Source of the DNA: Monocercomonoides exilis PA203
Lineage: Eukaryota > Protista > Preaxostyla
Direction of reading: 5' to 3'
Assembly: GCA_001643675.2 (NCBI GenBank)
Contig: LSRY02000026.1
Location: forward strand, 1,054,001-1,118,000
Length of the DNA stretch: 64,000 nucleotides
The notes under the pieces were generated by a model, which worked only from the letters and a program-made list of their open reading frames with translations, had not been told where the DNA came from and ran no database searches. Shown here piece by piece: positions 35,542 through 49,650 of the stretch. The stretch's first letter is position 1; each line of letters begins with the position of its first letter. Made by a program: the position numbers and the translations under genes.

Positions 35542-37990
35542 TTGTTCAACGAATTCATAAAGAAAGTCCACAGGAAGAAGAGACGTAAAAGAGAAAATGG
35601 AGAATCAGATGATGAAACACTTGAAAACGAAGGAATAATGTGTATTTTTATTGGAGGGAAACAGGTGCCAATGGAATTCAATATAGACATTGGCTTAAAA
35701 ATAGGTTCTGAAGGTTTGTTGTTGTTATTTTTTTGAAGTAATTATTTTTTCATTTTGACTGTTGAAAGAATGAGTGATAAGATGGCTTTGAAGAAAAAGA
35801 AGAAAAGTTGAGAAGGAAAAATACAGACAGACAGATGAAATGCGAGATATTTCGAAGATGCTTGGCATTGGGCTTTGGCGAAGAATTATTTTTGAGGAAA
35901 GAAGATTTTTTTGAGAAAGAGGGGAAGTTAAAGAAGAAAAGATGGAATGAAAAAGAGATTGACCTATGTTTCCAATTTTTTGTTGGAAAGAGAGAAAGAA
36001 TCAAATTGAAATTGTTATGCATTCAAAGGATATTATTTGCCAAAGAAGGCAAAATCCTGAAGAAGAAAATTCGATTGAATTTCTCCATTAACGTGAATTC
36101 ACACTCATCTTTCATTTTACAAACAACTCATTCTATTCTTTCACTTCTTCTGCATCTTCTTCTTCTTCTTCTTCAAATACATCAACAACATTTCACACAA
36201 CTTCTTCTTCTTCATTCACATCATCTGAATAAATTTCTTCACATTTGATATCTGCATCAGAGATAAAGACAAAAATGAAATGGAAAAGAAGAAATATATT
36301 GATGAAGGAAAAAATACATATAAAAATAAGAATTAGAAGGCGAAATAAGAGGAGAAAGAGAATGAAGAGCACTGTTTCCTGGGGGACTTTGAAAGGAAAT
36401 GGAATCGAGAAGATTGAAAATATTTTTTGAATGAAAGGAAGAAGATGATAATGAACACGAAGATGAAGAAGAACATGAAGCTGGTTGAGAGCCGGCCACC
36501 AACTGCGAAAGGTACTTAACAGAGCAAAAAGAAGAGCAATGCTGCCAGGGAAACTCAAACGAGATAGGAGGGACTAAGTCCATGCCACATGACTCAGAAA
36601 ACCGCTTTGTATCTTTTTCAACTACCTTCGGTGTTCTGCAGCTTGTTGTTTCAACATGGAACAATGAATGACTTTTATGCTTATTTGAGATTGTGTCTGC
36701 TTCATTGTAACATGTGCAATCTTCACTATCCTTTTCGTTGGTAAATGAATGTTCGACCTCTTCTTCTTCTCTTTTTCTTTCCCTCTGTGCATCGTCCATT
36801 CCAGCTTCTCCTTCTTCGCCTCAATTTCTCCATTCTTCATTCACTCTCTCAGTTGAATGTGCTCAAACGGATTAAAACCACAACAGAAGACAAGAACACA
36901 AAGGGGAAAAAGCAACAGGGAAGCGAGCAACTAAAGAATTTGGCAGAGAAAATTACACATACGAAGATGAATACGGAGAAGAAGGGAAAGAGGAGGTGGA
37001 AGAGCTGGTTGTTTGTGGGAAAGCATCAGGAAAGAGATGGGATTGAGAACTAGGCGAGCCAACAACCGACGAATAAGATGAAGAAGCCATTGGAGATATG
37101 GTATTATTATTGGAGAGAGAAGGCAACAGATTTGAGATAGCAGAAGAAGAGAAAGAAGAAGAGAAAGAAGAAGATACGCAAAAGGGAGGAGAGGAAGAGG
37201 AAAGCGAATAAGATCCATTGGAATTACTGTTTTGAGCAATCTCGACATTCATGGTTGAAGTATTATAGAAGAGAGAAAAGCCACAACTGGACAGATCAGG
37301 TGCTGCGTTTGGAGAGTGAAGCGGGGTTGATACAAAAGGCAGCTGAGACGTGCTGCTTTGGAATTCGACTGATGAATTGAGAAGAAACGAAGAAAAGGAA
37401 AAAGATGAAGAAGACTATTACAATGATGGCGATGACGATTTATCGCTAGAGTCATTCTGTTGTTTCATTCCTTCATTTTTTCCAACACTTCCTTCTTCAT
37501 CTGTGGTAGTGCTTTCATCTGTTCCAATGGGAATGATGTCTGATGTGATGAGTGCTGCTCTCAAAAGCGATAGGTCGTCTTTGCCAAGAGAGAAGCAGTC
37601 GTAGATGGTTAACAGCACAGCCTCTTTCAGCTGATCGCAGGAAACGAGATGGATGACTGGATGTGGGATGAGGGGAAACATAGCAACGATCGGTGGAGTG
37701 GGTGTGGGAAAGGACGATAGCTCCGTTGGGAAAGAAGTGAGTGAAAAAGAAGAATATGACGAAGAAGGATAAGAAGTTGCAATAGAAGAGGAAATATCAG
37801 TGAAGCGTTAAAATAAAATTGTAAAATCAGCAAGTAATAATGGAATTCAGAAGGCATAGAGATATGCACAAAGCCGATGAGAAGACAGAATGCAAAGCAA
37901 ACATGATATGTTGGAAGTTATGACAACGTTTCGAACATTTTCACACAACAGAAGTGAGATTTGAGTGAAAGAGTGGGATTAACAATTCAT
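35542..37990. pseudogene. Cargo of hAT-1: fragments of host-like genes (Lys/Glu-rich + strand piece with an intron-like gap; Ser-rich - strand piece)
   Basis: Broken ORFs 35542-36248 (+) with GT..AG at ~35714-35768, and 36257-37869 (-) with host-style poly-Ser tracts. Confidence 0.5.
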
Positions 37991-38227
37991 TTTTTTTCTC
38001 GTTAACGTTCATAATGAATATTGCATTCAGTTTCCTCTTTCAGATGTTCTTCTTTTTATTTGCTCATTGATATTAACGCTTTACAAGAACTATTTTTAAA
38101 TATGCAGCATATTCATGAAAATATTGATTGATGGTTTTTGGAAAAATCAAGAAAGAAAACAGATGATTTGTTTTTTTTTTAGAATTTATTGAAAGAATTG
38201 TGAAATGAAAATACTTTTGTCAAAAGG

Positions 38228-38901
38228 CTAAATAGTTAAAAAAGCATTTAGAGCTTCTTGAGAAAGGGAATGCCTTCTGTCACCAGAGATCCTTTTCATC
38301 CTTGAAAAGACACATTCGCAGCTTGCTTCGCTGTATAGGGAAAAAACAAATGAAAAAAAGATGTTTGAGAAAATTGTTTGAATAAGTTCTTTCTTTATGA
38401 TCTCTACGTAGAACTTTTGTGTTTCGTCTTCAAATATGAAGCTTGGTGCTTCATTCAAAAAATCCAGAAACAGTTTGAAACATAAATCCCTGATCTCTTT
38501 TGATTGATTTGATTATACTGTTACAACGTATCTTTCAAAACTTTGTCTAATTCGTGTATCTCAGTTAAATCATATGGAACATACCACTTGATTACAAACT
38601 TCTTTTTCTTTTCTGGTTCCAGTTGATAAGTAAAATTGATCTTCTGGTTTGAAAACAGCACCTCCACATCATCTGTCCCATATTCTATTTCATCTGTTCC
38701 GTCTTCTATTGAATCTTCAAGTGAGTCATGAGAATTATCTTCGAAAACAAGCGTTTGAGAAGATGTCAAGCATGTTGAAGAAAAACTTTCAGAAGAAGAA
38801 GAGCAGGAGGAAGCAGCTGAATGAATTGAAGAAGATTCATTCATGGTTTCATCTTTTTTCTTTTCACTAAATTTTGTTAATCTGGTCATTTGAAGATACA
38901 C
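38228..38901 (-). pseudogene. C-terminal remnant of hAT transposase (dimerisation domain)
   Basis: SEASCECVFSRMKRISGDRRHSLSQEALNAFL and DDVEVLFSNQKINF align with SEASCERIISKMRFILGDKRFPISIQTLDALL and NEVELLFSTRKIEL of the intact copy; frameshifted, N-terminal part missing. Confidence 0.88.
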
Positions 38902-40099
38902 TTTAAAGTGTGTTTTAGTTATTCAAAGTGAATAAGTCAATCAAAAAACGATGCATTTAATATGTTTATCCATAAAGGCATATAGAAATTCACTCAAATG
39001 ATTTTAACATTCAATTATGTTGGGTGTTGACACAAAAATTTGACAAAGTCAAAAAAAGATCGACCAGTCTGTGACTTAGGCAATTTCCAAAAAATTGATC
39101 CGGTCAAAACCCATTAACGTGTTCTTTATTTCAAAAAAAAAGTATCGATTATTTAATGTTCTATTTAAATTTTTCATTTTCCTTTGATTTTTTTAAGTGT
39201 GTGAACGATAAACTGTTAAACTTTTGAATAATTTTGATGAGATATAAATGCTTTTTGACTTCAAGAATTTTTAAAGTCAGTCAAAAGTTGATTTCCTTCA
39301 GACAAAAGTCTTAAGTCACCCAGGCTTACGTTAAAAAAATTATGTGAAAAATGCGATCTTTTATATTGATTTGAAAATTGGGTGATTTTTTTTGATATCA
39401 TAAAAAATTCCGACGTTTGATCATAAAAAATTTTCTTTAAGGGTGTGGTTGAATCGAAAATATTTTTGTCTAATTATGCGAAAATATCGTTCAATATATT
39501 ATTATTTTTATTTGTTTGCTGATTTTAATTTGTTTACAATTGTTTTTATTACTTATTTTCAAAAAAACATTAAAAAATTATTCGCAAAATATCGAAACTT
39601 AAATTAACTGAGCAAAACAAAAGTTTACTGGTTTTTTAAACATTAAAACAATAATCACAATACATAATCAATCTAATTTTTATATAAAAATTTGTATTAT
39701 GATGTTGTTGCAAAGAAATTTAGAAATTGATGCTAAAGAAATAAAAGCATTTGTTGAAAACAATAATTTTCGACAGCTCTGGCAAAGCGATTCGCAAAGC
39801 AGCCTTTCCAATAATCATTACCTTCTTTTGAGTTCACTAATTGCTTGCTATTCTGAAATATGAAAGATTTTTGCTTTTTTTCAATTCCATCTTTCTCAAT
39901 TCAAATCCAATTAGCTTCTAGAAAAATTTGCAGCCAATTTCCATCTCAATCTCTTCATCTTGCACACTTTCCATATGAATTCTATCTCTCAACTCGATGG
40001 ACAACCCAAACAATGAGCTATCTCGCTTTCATTCATTTTCATTCTTTTCCACCTCCTGCCATGAAAACAACACAAAAAACATCAAAAGGCAAATATCAT

Positions 40100-40661
40100 A
40101 TAAAGAAAAACAAAATAATACCAAACTGCTCTTCGACTGCTTTTTGCCAAACACACTCATTTCCACAACAATCATCATTCAAAAATTCAATCTCATCGTT
40201 TCAGTCTCAGAATGGTCAAATACAGCATGGAACGCATCTCCACAAAATACATTGCATATCTCACTGGAGGGTCTTCTTAGCCCGTGCACATTGTGGTGGA
40301 TGTCCAGAGGTGTTTTTTCTGTTTTTGTTATGATCATCTCCTTTAATAATATTCTCAACCATCCAAAAGAAGTATTTGATGTTTATCTCATCAACACCTT
40401 GCACAGGAGATATATGGGGCAGAAAAGAGATGGAAGAATATTATTTGTGGCAGGGGGTGGGAGTTGAGTGTTCTTTGGAATGTTAATGTTTCGAGAGAGG
40501 TTTTTGAAAGGAAGAAATTCTGAGACAAAGGGGTGGGGAAGAGCAGGTGGAGATTTGGAGAAGATAATACAGTAAATAAGTTGAGAAGTGGTTGAGGATG
40601 ATGAGGAAGATATTTGAGACAAATTGGAGAAATGGATTTTGAAAAAAGGAAAAGAGGGCAA
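40100..40661 (-). pseudogene. Decayed ORF in the A arm with tentative tyrosine-recombinase-like motifs
   Basis: One frame with internal stops: NINIPKNTQ..LFCPIYLL..HNVHGLRRPSS..AVFDHSETE; no clear first Arg or catalytic Tyr. Confidence 0.3.
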
Positions 40662-40979
40662 AAGCGGGACAGAAGATGAATATTCTGAAGTGTTTGATTG
40701 GAAGAGGGGTATTTTTTATGAAAGGAAATGATTTTATGAAAGGAAATGGGAAAGATGAAGAAAAGGAGGGGATTGATATTTTCTGATGATTTTGTGAGCT
40801 GAACGGAAGAGGAAAAATGGAAAGGAAAGGAAATTGAGAAATATTAACAGTTTCTATTTTCGAAGCAAAAGGAGAGGAAATCGCAAAAAGAAAAGCAAAT
40901 GATTTGAATAAATCAAGCTTTATTGATAAATTTCAGAACATCAGCCAAAATATTTGCAATTTGGGTTTTTGACTCGTTG

Positions 40980-43900
40980 CGAAATTAACTTGTTAAATAT
41001 GATATTTCATTCAGTCAGCAACGTCACAGGAACTTCTCATATTTTTCTTTGGAAATATCATTCGACTGATTTCACATTTCTCAATCCTCTCGCCTTCTTC
41101 TTATTCTTCGCCTTCTTCTTCTGTGATATTTCTTTTCACTTCGTGTCAGAACAGACCGTCGACCTTCAGATGCATGTGAGTTGTTCAATCAGCGGCTTGA
41201 TTGCACCTTCCAAAAATTATTTCATCCAATTTTCCTACTCCCAACAGTATCATCCTCACTATCAATGCATTTCGTAACTTCGCTGGATGGGCATTTGAAC
41301 AGCTTTCCTTTTCCGTTGCAGTTTATCCAGCTCTGCTTCAGCGTTTCGAACGAAATACATGCGCCGACTGTGCAGGATAAGCTGAATAGGCATAGAAAGA
41401 GAAATGGTGGTTGGAGGGAAGGAGCTGACAGCAATATCGCACTCATGCTCTCGCTTTGCGATACTGCCAAGGAGCAAAGAGAGAGAGAGAGAGAGAAAGA
41501 AAGAGAAAGAGGAGAGGAGAGGAGAGCGCATTAAAATGGAAGATGCAACGAAGGTTGATTTCAGAAGCAAATTGAGTTCAGAGCAGAGGAAAGGGAATCA
41601 GTGTGAAAAGCCAAAGGCGAAGACGAAGATGAATGAGGAAAACGAGATATCCACATTGAAAGCTTACACTTTCGACTCAAGACTTGCGCAGGCAACAACA
41701 GAAAGGAGGTCGAGGGACAGGAGAAGGGTAGAAGGAGGTGATGATGAAGATGAATAACAGCAGACATTTTTTCGCGTTCTACAGTACACTCTCATCTGCT
41801 CGGCTGTATTTTCAAAATACCACAGCCCCCTCAACATTTGCCACTCCTCCTTTTTCTCCCTTGCCACACACACAATTGTCTGCCCCTTCAATTCTTGTTG
41901 GAACTCCACCGAAGCCATTTACACCTTCATCTCCCGCCACAGACTCATCTTCACTCACACAGAAGTCCTTCAACATGACTGGCCCAAGCTCCGCCTATTT
42001 ATCGAATATATCTTCTTTTCATGCATCTTCAACTATTTCTTCCTTGTCGCAACCTATCCTTTGTGTGATTCTTAGTAAGATCAGATTGGGCAATGCATGT
42101 GTATTTGCAAGCAGCATGTGAGCGACGAGGGATGTGTTTGAGCCACAGAGCATCCTTCTGAACTGTGCAGCGTATGTGGAAAGAAAGTGGATTCAGGTGG
42201 GTGGTGAGGAGGAGTGAAAGGGAGTGAAGAAGGATGAGAAAGAGGAGAGAGAGGAAAACACTTTAATTAATAACTTTCAAAAGAGAAGATGAAATCAACA
42301 AAAGAGAATAATAAGCCTGTGAAGATACTGATCACAATTTGCTTGACTTTCTGCCCGAATTCAGTAATAAAAGTGGGATTCAGGAGCAAATCATTAGAAA
42401 TCCATTCACTTTCTCAGCATTTTCATCTGCAAACGCATCAACTTTTTTCTGAACTTCTTCGTCTTCTGCTTCATCACCTTCCTCTTTTATTTCAACTTCT
42501 TAATCTTGTTCTTAATCTTGCTTTTATTCTTGTTTATTCATCATTTTTTCATTATCTTCTCTTCTTCTTCACCTGATCCATTAACTGGCACGCTAGAAAT
42601 CCCTCAGCATCCACTTCCACCTCCACAAGTGATGTCAATCCCTCCTCCTCTCTACATCCTGTCTGATGCAAACAAAGCAATCCATTCAGCGCAAGTGAAC
42701 TTATTTTTCTATTAATCCTTTATCATCATCATTTTCTTCTTCTTTTTCTTCTTTCTTCTTCTTCCTCATCCTCCTCTTACTTCTTCCTCTTCCTCTTCTT
42801 TCTCTTCCTCTTCCTTCTTCGCCTCCTCTTCTGTCTCATTCTCCTTCTTCTTCTTCTTCTTCTCTCTCTTCTTCTCAGGGATCTGCGTCTGCATCTGCCT
42901 CTGAATCAGAGCTCGAAATGCCCCCCGCTGCAGCCGTTGCGTTGATTTCTGCTCCCTCCCCTCCGATTAACGAAGCACTCACACCTTCTCTGATGACTGC
43001 GGCAATTGCTGGCTCCACATTTTTATTGTGTCATCACGGACACGCAAATGGAGAGAGCGTTCTGGATCTTCTGGGAGCTGTAGAAGTGTTTGGACTGCCC
43101 CAACTTGCACTAATGTCACCGGAAAAGACGTTGTCTTCGTTTGATGCTGCTTCTGCATAGAATGATTAAAACGTTGCAACACAAGATGCTTCTCATGTTG
43201 TTTCATCATCATCATCTTCTTCTTCTTCTTCTACTTCCTCCTCCTCTTCTTCCTCTTCTTCCTCCTCTTCTTCTTCAATACACCTCACCACCCTCATGCC
43301 CTCCGCACACCACCCCACTCCCGCAGACGTCATCAGCCACAGCTATCTCTGGCGCAGCCGTTCAGCCGCCATCACCACTGCAGAATTTGAGAGCCGTCTT
43401 GCTGGTTTCCCACTCGAACACACAAAAAACAGGAGTGAAGCAGACAACACAAGATTTGCGTATGATGCCTTTTGCGACTCAGTCATCCGCGAACAATCGG
43501 TGAGACTGTATGACGACAATGCGGTTTTTGATGTGCTCAGCTTCTTGCCAAGTTTAGACTTCCTCACGCTGTTTACGCCATCTGACCTCACCGCTGGCCA
43601 GCTTTCTGACTCCGCACGCCTCAAATCCGATTTCGATGGGGAACTTCCTCTATTCCCTTCAGACACATTGAGCATGCCTCCAGATAATCAGAACAACCAT
43701 TCCTTGGGAGATCCTCAGCTTCCGCCTTTCCTCTCCTTCTCGCCTGCCCTCAGCCCCCGTTGATTGATTCAAGACAGCTACCCAGCTGGTTCCCCTTCCT
43801 TCTCCACCAGCTCCACACTGCTTGAAACCCACTCCCCTGCTGCCGCATCCATCGCTGTGTCTGTTTCCGTTCAATCATTCCTATCGTAGGCGCTTCCTTT

Positions 43901-44560
43901 TCTTGGACCGCTCGGTCCGCTTGACCCACTCGACCAGGTGCCAATTGTGGCTGCTCCGAACAGAGTAGCCAGTGCCAGAAAGACAAGTGCGAATGTGAAG
44001 AGGAAGCTGATGTCTTCAGATGAGAAGTCATATGCACTGCCTTTGGAATTGGAATCGAAAATGGCGATGTAGGATTTGAATAAGTTTGTTTCGAAGAATA
44101 TTCGTTCTTCTTCTACTGCTTCTTCAATAACTACTGCTTCTCCTTCATCGTTCTCTTCCTCTTCCTCCTCTTCCACTTCCTCCTCCTCCTCCTCCTCCTT
44201 TGCTCACCTCATCGCTCACACAGCGGCCAATGAACTGAGTGTGAAGGCAAATTTGTTTCAAGAGAAGATTAACAAGTGATTGGAGTCATCAAGGAACACA
44301 ACGAGAATAATGATACGGAAAGTGCTGGAGAGGAAGCAAACAACGTCACAGGTATTTTCGAAGGGAGAATTTTGATTGGGCAGAGTGGAAATGGAAGGAA
44401 GATGAGGAAAGAATGGAAAAAGAAGCGGGTTGGACAAGTGATGAGAAGAATAAAGAGAAAAAAGACTAGTTCGAATAAGTTTTATTCATTAATTTTCGAT
44501 TTCATTGTATTTCATTCAACGTTTGATGAAGCAACTGAATCGAAAAGAATGGACTAATGT
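40980..44560. pseudogene. Cargo of copy 1: mosaic of degraded host-like coding fragments on both strands
   Basis: GC-richer coding-like blocks with Ser/Glu tracts and many stops (e.g. 43296-43763 +); not homologous to the cargo of copy 2. Confidence 0.5.
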
Positions 44561-45662
44561 TTTGTGATGATATTTCAGTTGAAGAAAAAGATAAAGTGAA
44601 GAAATCCAATTGCTTTAATAAGTTGAAAGTTTATAAATCTTTTAATTGAAACATAATTTTTAACAAACCGTTTCAATAAAGTCTTTCAAAGTATTCTTTA
44701 TTTATTAGGATAGTTTTGCAAGTTGAGAAACTTGGCATTTTCCTTTTGCAGTTTTATTTTTTATTTTTCACATTTTTTTTGAAAGCTGGATCAAATAATT
44801 CTTTTTCACGAAAAACATTAAAAAGGTATGTTTTTTTGAATATAACAATAAAACGAATATATATAACAGAAACAAAAGCTAAATACTTGCAAAAAATCAA
44901 TTTGACTCTTTGATCAAAAAATACCACAATAGATTTTACATTTTCTATTTTTGATCTTTTTTTATGATGTAAAAAAAAAATCACCCAATTTATTATTTGC
45001 GACTTTACACAAAGAATTACCCAATATTAACAAAATTTCCATATTTTGCGCACAAAATAAAAGTTCTATTTATGGTATTTTTGATCTTTTCAAAAAAAGA
45101 AGTTTTCTTTTTATTTCCGATTTTCCGATGCAAATTTGAATTTATAATAGCTTGTTATAATATTTTTTATTGTTTTGATATAGAATATTTCAAAATTGTC
45201 ATGTAAGGTGAAGTGTGCGCTTGCCATTAATTTTTGTTTTTTTTCTATGCAAAGCAACATCGCATTCTATCACAATCGGATATGGGTGATTTTTTTTGAT
45301 ATCATAAAAAAAGATCAAAAATTGAAAAAATAGATTCTATTGTGGTATTTATTGATCAAAGAGTTAAATTGGTTATTCAGGAGTTTTCAGCTTTTATTTC
45401 TGTGACATAAATGTATTTTTAATTTTTACCCCAAAAAGACATACCTTTTTATGCTTCAGGTCAAAAAGTCTTTTTTGATCAAGTTTCAAAAAAAAAAAAA
45501 ATGAAAAATCTATCTTTAAAAGGTTGACAGAAATTTCAAAACTGGAAAAACAAAATATTGCTAAGAAAAAATTAAAAAGAAGAACAGAAAAGAAGATCAG
45601 AAAACTAAATTATCGAAAAAAAATCGATTAAAATCAGTTAATTTTCTTTTTTATTCTTTTCT

Positions 45663-45985
45663 TTGAATAGCCAACAAACCTCCATTCCTTTAATTTGGTT
45701 CAATTGCTTCATCAACCGTTCAACGAAATCGTGGATAATTAGAAAAGTTGAGTTCAATGGCTTGCTCCCCCTCATCGACCAGAATAAAGACGTTGCAAAT
45801 GGTGGAAGTGATGTCGATGCTAGTGACAAAACACAGCAAAGCCCATGTGCCACAGTGGAGTATGCTCTCGGATGTGTTGCTCCCTTCAGCGATGCCTCCC
45901 TCTTTCTTTTCGTCTCCACTTTCACTCTCACAAACTCTCTCACATTTAATGCGGTTAACACAAAAATCACTGGAAAAGATGTATT
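45663..45985 (+). pseudogene. Captured fragment of the same surface-protein family as 27491-28244
   Basis: DVANGGSDVDASDKTQQSPCATVEYAL...TKITGK parallels YVGVSGDDANNLCGMSESAPCKTVGYA...IIITGK. Confidence 0.55.
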
Positions 45986-46099
45986 TTTTCTGTTTTCATC
46001 AGAATTCCTTCCATTTTCATCATTTTTAATATTAAACTTTCCTCAATCGTTTCATCTTCAAATTCTGATAATTTTTCATTTCACTTCATATTCATGAGC

Positions 46100-49000
46100 T
46101 GCCATCTTCTTTTCAATATGAGTGTATACCATCACTTGCTTTTCATAGATCCCTAAATCAGCACAGGTTTTATTATTTCTTCGTCATTTTCCATTTGATT
46201 TGGCTTCTTCATCCAATGAAAATTACGTTCGTAGAAAAACAGTAATTATCGTTCTCATTTCTTCGGTCATATCAGAAAGTTCTTCAAAAACATTTATTTC
46301 CTCAGCTTTCCGATTTCAATCCATTCGTATCCGATTAGTACCAGAACCTCATATAATTTCTCTTCACTTAAGCCTTTTCCTCTGAATCAATTTCCCTCAT
46401 CCTTTCATTTCCTGCAATTCGCTGTTTGTTCGTGGCTGTGAAATCTGTCGGAGGCTATTTTGGAACCAATTCACCCTAAAAATCCTATCTTGTCCTGTTC
46501 TTTATGTTTTTGGTGAATTCTTTCAGCTTCCAAATTAAAAAAGTCATATTCAATCCTCTTCCTTTAATGAATGTCTTCTGATAGGTTACTCTGGATCAAA
46601 ATTACCCATTTCATTGCCGTGTTAGGTTGGTTGAAATTCCATGAAAGAATAAATAATTATCTGTGCTTCTGAATGGGAATGAAAGACAAGGCCTGGAGCT
46701 GAATTCGATAATAGTTGAATGAAAAAGAAGTAGACGAAGAAGGAGCAGGCAGTGAAAGTGGAGAAAGAAAGCCAGAAGTAGCAGAAGTAGCAGAAGATGG
46801 ATGCACAACTTGAGATAAAAGTGAAGGAGATAAAGATGTTCTGAAATGAGGAGAAGATTGAAGTTGGATGTTCATAAAAATGAACGAATTGACAAGTGAA
46901 AAAGTTCGGTGAGAAAGAGGATGAAGAACATTTTTTGTATTAACAGCAAGATCAGCAGCTGAATCAGTAGGTGCAACCAAATTGAGGGCAGGGTATTTCT
47001 GCATCAGATCCATCGCCATTGAATTCTGCGATGTGAAGAAAGAAGCCAACTTTGAGAACGACAGCGAAGAAAACAGTTTTGACAGAGCATCTCTTCTTCC
47101 AGGCACACTGCTCTGACTGAATGTTCTTTTCCCTTTCTCTTTCTGAAACAGCAGCAGTGATCCTTTTCCTGCTCCTTCCTTCCCTTCCTGAGTGTCGCCT
47201 CTGCTTCCTCTTTGTACGGCCACCAGCCCCTCCACCTCATCCCCCTTCATCTTCGCAGCTCCGCCCTATTCTGGCTCAGCCCGCTCTTCAGCGCGCTCAT
47301 CAAATCAAACTGCGTTCTTGTCTGCCTCGCGTCGACTGCCGCATACACAGGCATTTTCCGCATCTTTAACACAAATTACCCATTTTCCTCGCTTTTGATT
47401 CGCACATAGCGGCAAGGTACATCCAGTTCATCGCTCAAATCTTCAAAGTCAGAATTCGCTAAATCATTCAACATGCAGTCCAATTTCCGCTCTCTTGTCA
47501 AAAATGGCGTTTTGCTTTCTTTCGCCTCTTGTGGCACATCGCTTGCCATTTTGTTCTCCTTCTGGTTGATCTGTGTGCCTATCCCAAGGTGTGATTGTAA
47601 TATTTCTTGGACGCTGCTAAACAGATTCATGTCTTTTTCTTCTTTCTCCACTTTCCTGCTCTCTCGCTCATCTTTCTCATTCATCTTCCTCTATATCTCC
47701 TTCAGCTTCATCAGCCGAAGCAGTTTTTATCTCTGATCATCAGATTCCAATGAATTAAATGTGAACTTCGCTTCTTCATCGTCCACTTTCCCTTTCTCGT
47801 TCTGAAACTCATCTTGCATCGCCCTTGTCACTTCTTTGTTCAAATCCTTCATCCCAATCACACTCAACGTCACCACTCCTCCTCCAACAACAACAGGTGA
47901 CGGAAGCGTTGTTGAGGCACCAATAGCTCCTCTCCCCATCTCCATCCACCTTCGATTCGCTTCCCTCGTATAAAGTGTATCGTTTCAAAGGCTCCTCTTT
48001 CTAAGAATATTGTTTAGGCTTTGGAGAATGTGATTGCAAAGGAGAGGAATTTGTTGCTGCTTTTGATGTTGTTTTTGCAGTGCTCGTGATGAAAGTGGAT
48101 ATGTTTTGGCTCATTGGAATGTATTTCATCTTTTCTGCCGTTTCTTATTGATTCTTTGGTGTTTGTATTCTTTTCTGCTTCCGTTTGATTATCTTTGTTT
48201 TTCAATCAACTGCTTTGCGGTTGTTTGTTGAACCCTCCAAAATCACTTCTTGATCCTCGTCTTTTCAGTCATCTTCATCGCCTTCAACTTCTTCATTTTC
48301 TCCAGATTCTTCGCATACCGCTCCACCATCCGAAATTATGTTAACAGTGGCAGCGCATCAAATATATCCGGCTATGGAACAAAATATTGTATTTTCCTTC
48401 TTTTTCTGCTGTTGCATCATTCTCTTTATCTGCTGCTCTTCTTATGTCAGGAATAAGTTGCGAAAAAATCAACGCAACGAGGAAGAAGCAAATAGTGAAG
48501 AGGGCAATGACCTTGTGGCTGCTTCAACTTGTGCATAACTGTTTCGATAGCATCGGAGGAGGAGAGTGTGCATTGCTCCAATGCGGAGAGCCATTGCAAA
48601 CTCAGAGCGATGTGGTTGTTTTGGATGGAAAGAGAGGTCTGTTACTGTTGGAGAAGATTTTGTTGATGAAGGAGAGGGAGAAGAAGATGACTGAGGAAGA
48701 GAAAGAAAAGATTCATTGGGCAATGAAGAAGGAGATGTGCCTGTTGATGTGCCAACGCCAGCAATTGAATGAGTCAAAAAGGTTTGTGTTGAATTTTGAT
48801 TGCTTTTTCTCTGTCTTTGTCTTCGAGGCACATAAGATGGATTCTGAAGGGTAGCTTCTTGTGGCGGAAGGTTCACAGGAAGAGGCAGATGCGGGGCATG
48901 TTTTCTTTTGAAGTCTTCGATAATTTCGTCGATTTCTGCTTTTTTGGCTCTTTCTTGTGAAGCATTCACTTCTAACTGTTCGTAAAAAGAGGAAGATGAA

Positions 49001-49650
49001 GATAATTCGTAAACAATCTTTTCTTTCTTGTAGAATTTGGCTGCTGTTGTTTTTGATGACGATGTTGAAGAAGAAGAACACTCACCACAAGTTGAGAATA
49101 CAGATTCTGTTTCAATTGTTCCTTCTTTTCTATCTTCTCCATTTTAATTCCGTTTTTCTTTTTCATCTCTCTTTCACCTCTTTTCAGAAGCATTCATATG
49201 ATGATTATGATGATGATTTCTGTATTGATATCAATGATAATGCTTATTTCTATGACTATGCCTGTTCCGTTTCATTTGTCTGTTTCTATCTCATAAACAT
49301 TCACACACTGGAGACACACGTTCTTCTGCAAAATCGTCTGTCATTGGAACAATCTGCAGCCAAATGCCGAAGGCTCTCGTGTTCGCTGATTGGAGCTGAG
49401 AAGTGGAAGTAGAGATGGTTTGATGCAAGAACAGCTTCAGAACAGAATTTGGAGAAGAAGAAGAAGAAGAAGGGAAAAAAAAGATGACGATGACAATGAT
49501 GGAACAAGCGAAATAGATGAAGAAGACTTTAACGAAGATGACGAAGAAGACGAAAAAGATGAAAATGAATATTTTTTGCGATTGGCAAATCAATAAAAAA
49601 TGCAATAAAATTCCAAGGAAGAAGTTAGGAGGTTCCATGTGATGTTGTTT
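46100..49650. pseudogene. Remaining cargo of copy 2: several degraded host-like coding fragments
   Basis: Broken low-complexity ORFs (46657-47250 -, 47376-47945 -, 48469-48969 -, 49390-49596 +). Confidence 0.45.

Larger units (their letters stand above)
35155..39328 (-). mobile_element. hAT element, internally deleted, with ~2.5 kb cargo (hAT-1)
   Basis: Imperfect 15-bp TIRs TAGGCCTGGTTGACT / AGTCACCCAGGCTTA. 8-bp TSD CGTTAAAA at 35147-35154 and 39329-39336. Subterminal (T)GAC/GTCA repeats. Confidence 0.9.
39380..44986. mobile_element. GGGTGA-family TIR element copy 1 (5.6 kb, 4-bp TSD AATT) with conserved A arm at left and cargo
   Basis: AATT|GGGTGATTTTTTTTGATATCATAAAAAA ... TTTTTTATGATGTAAAAAAAAAATCACCC|AATT. 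A arm ~39380-40975 is homologous to inverted ~49690-51274; B arm ~44740-44986 is homologous to inverted ~45284-45525. Confidence 0.9.
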
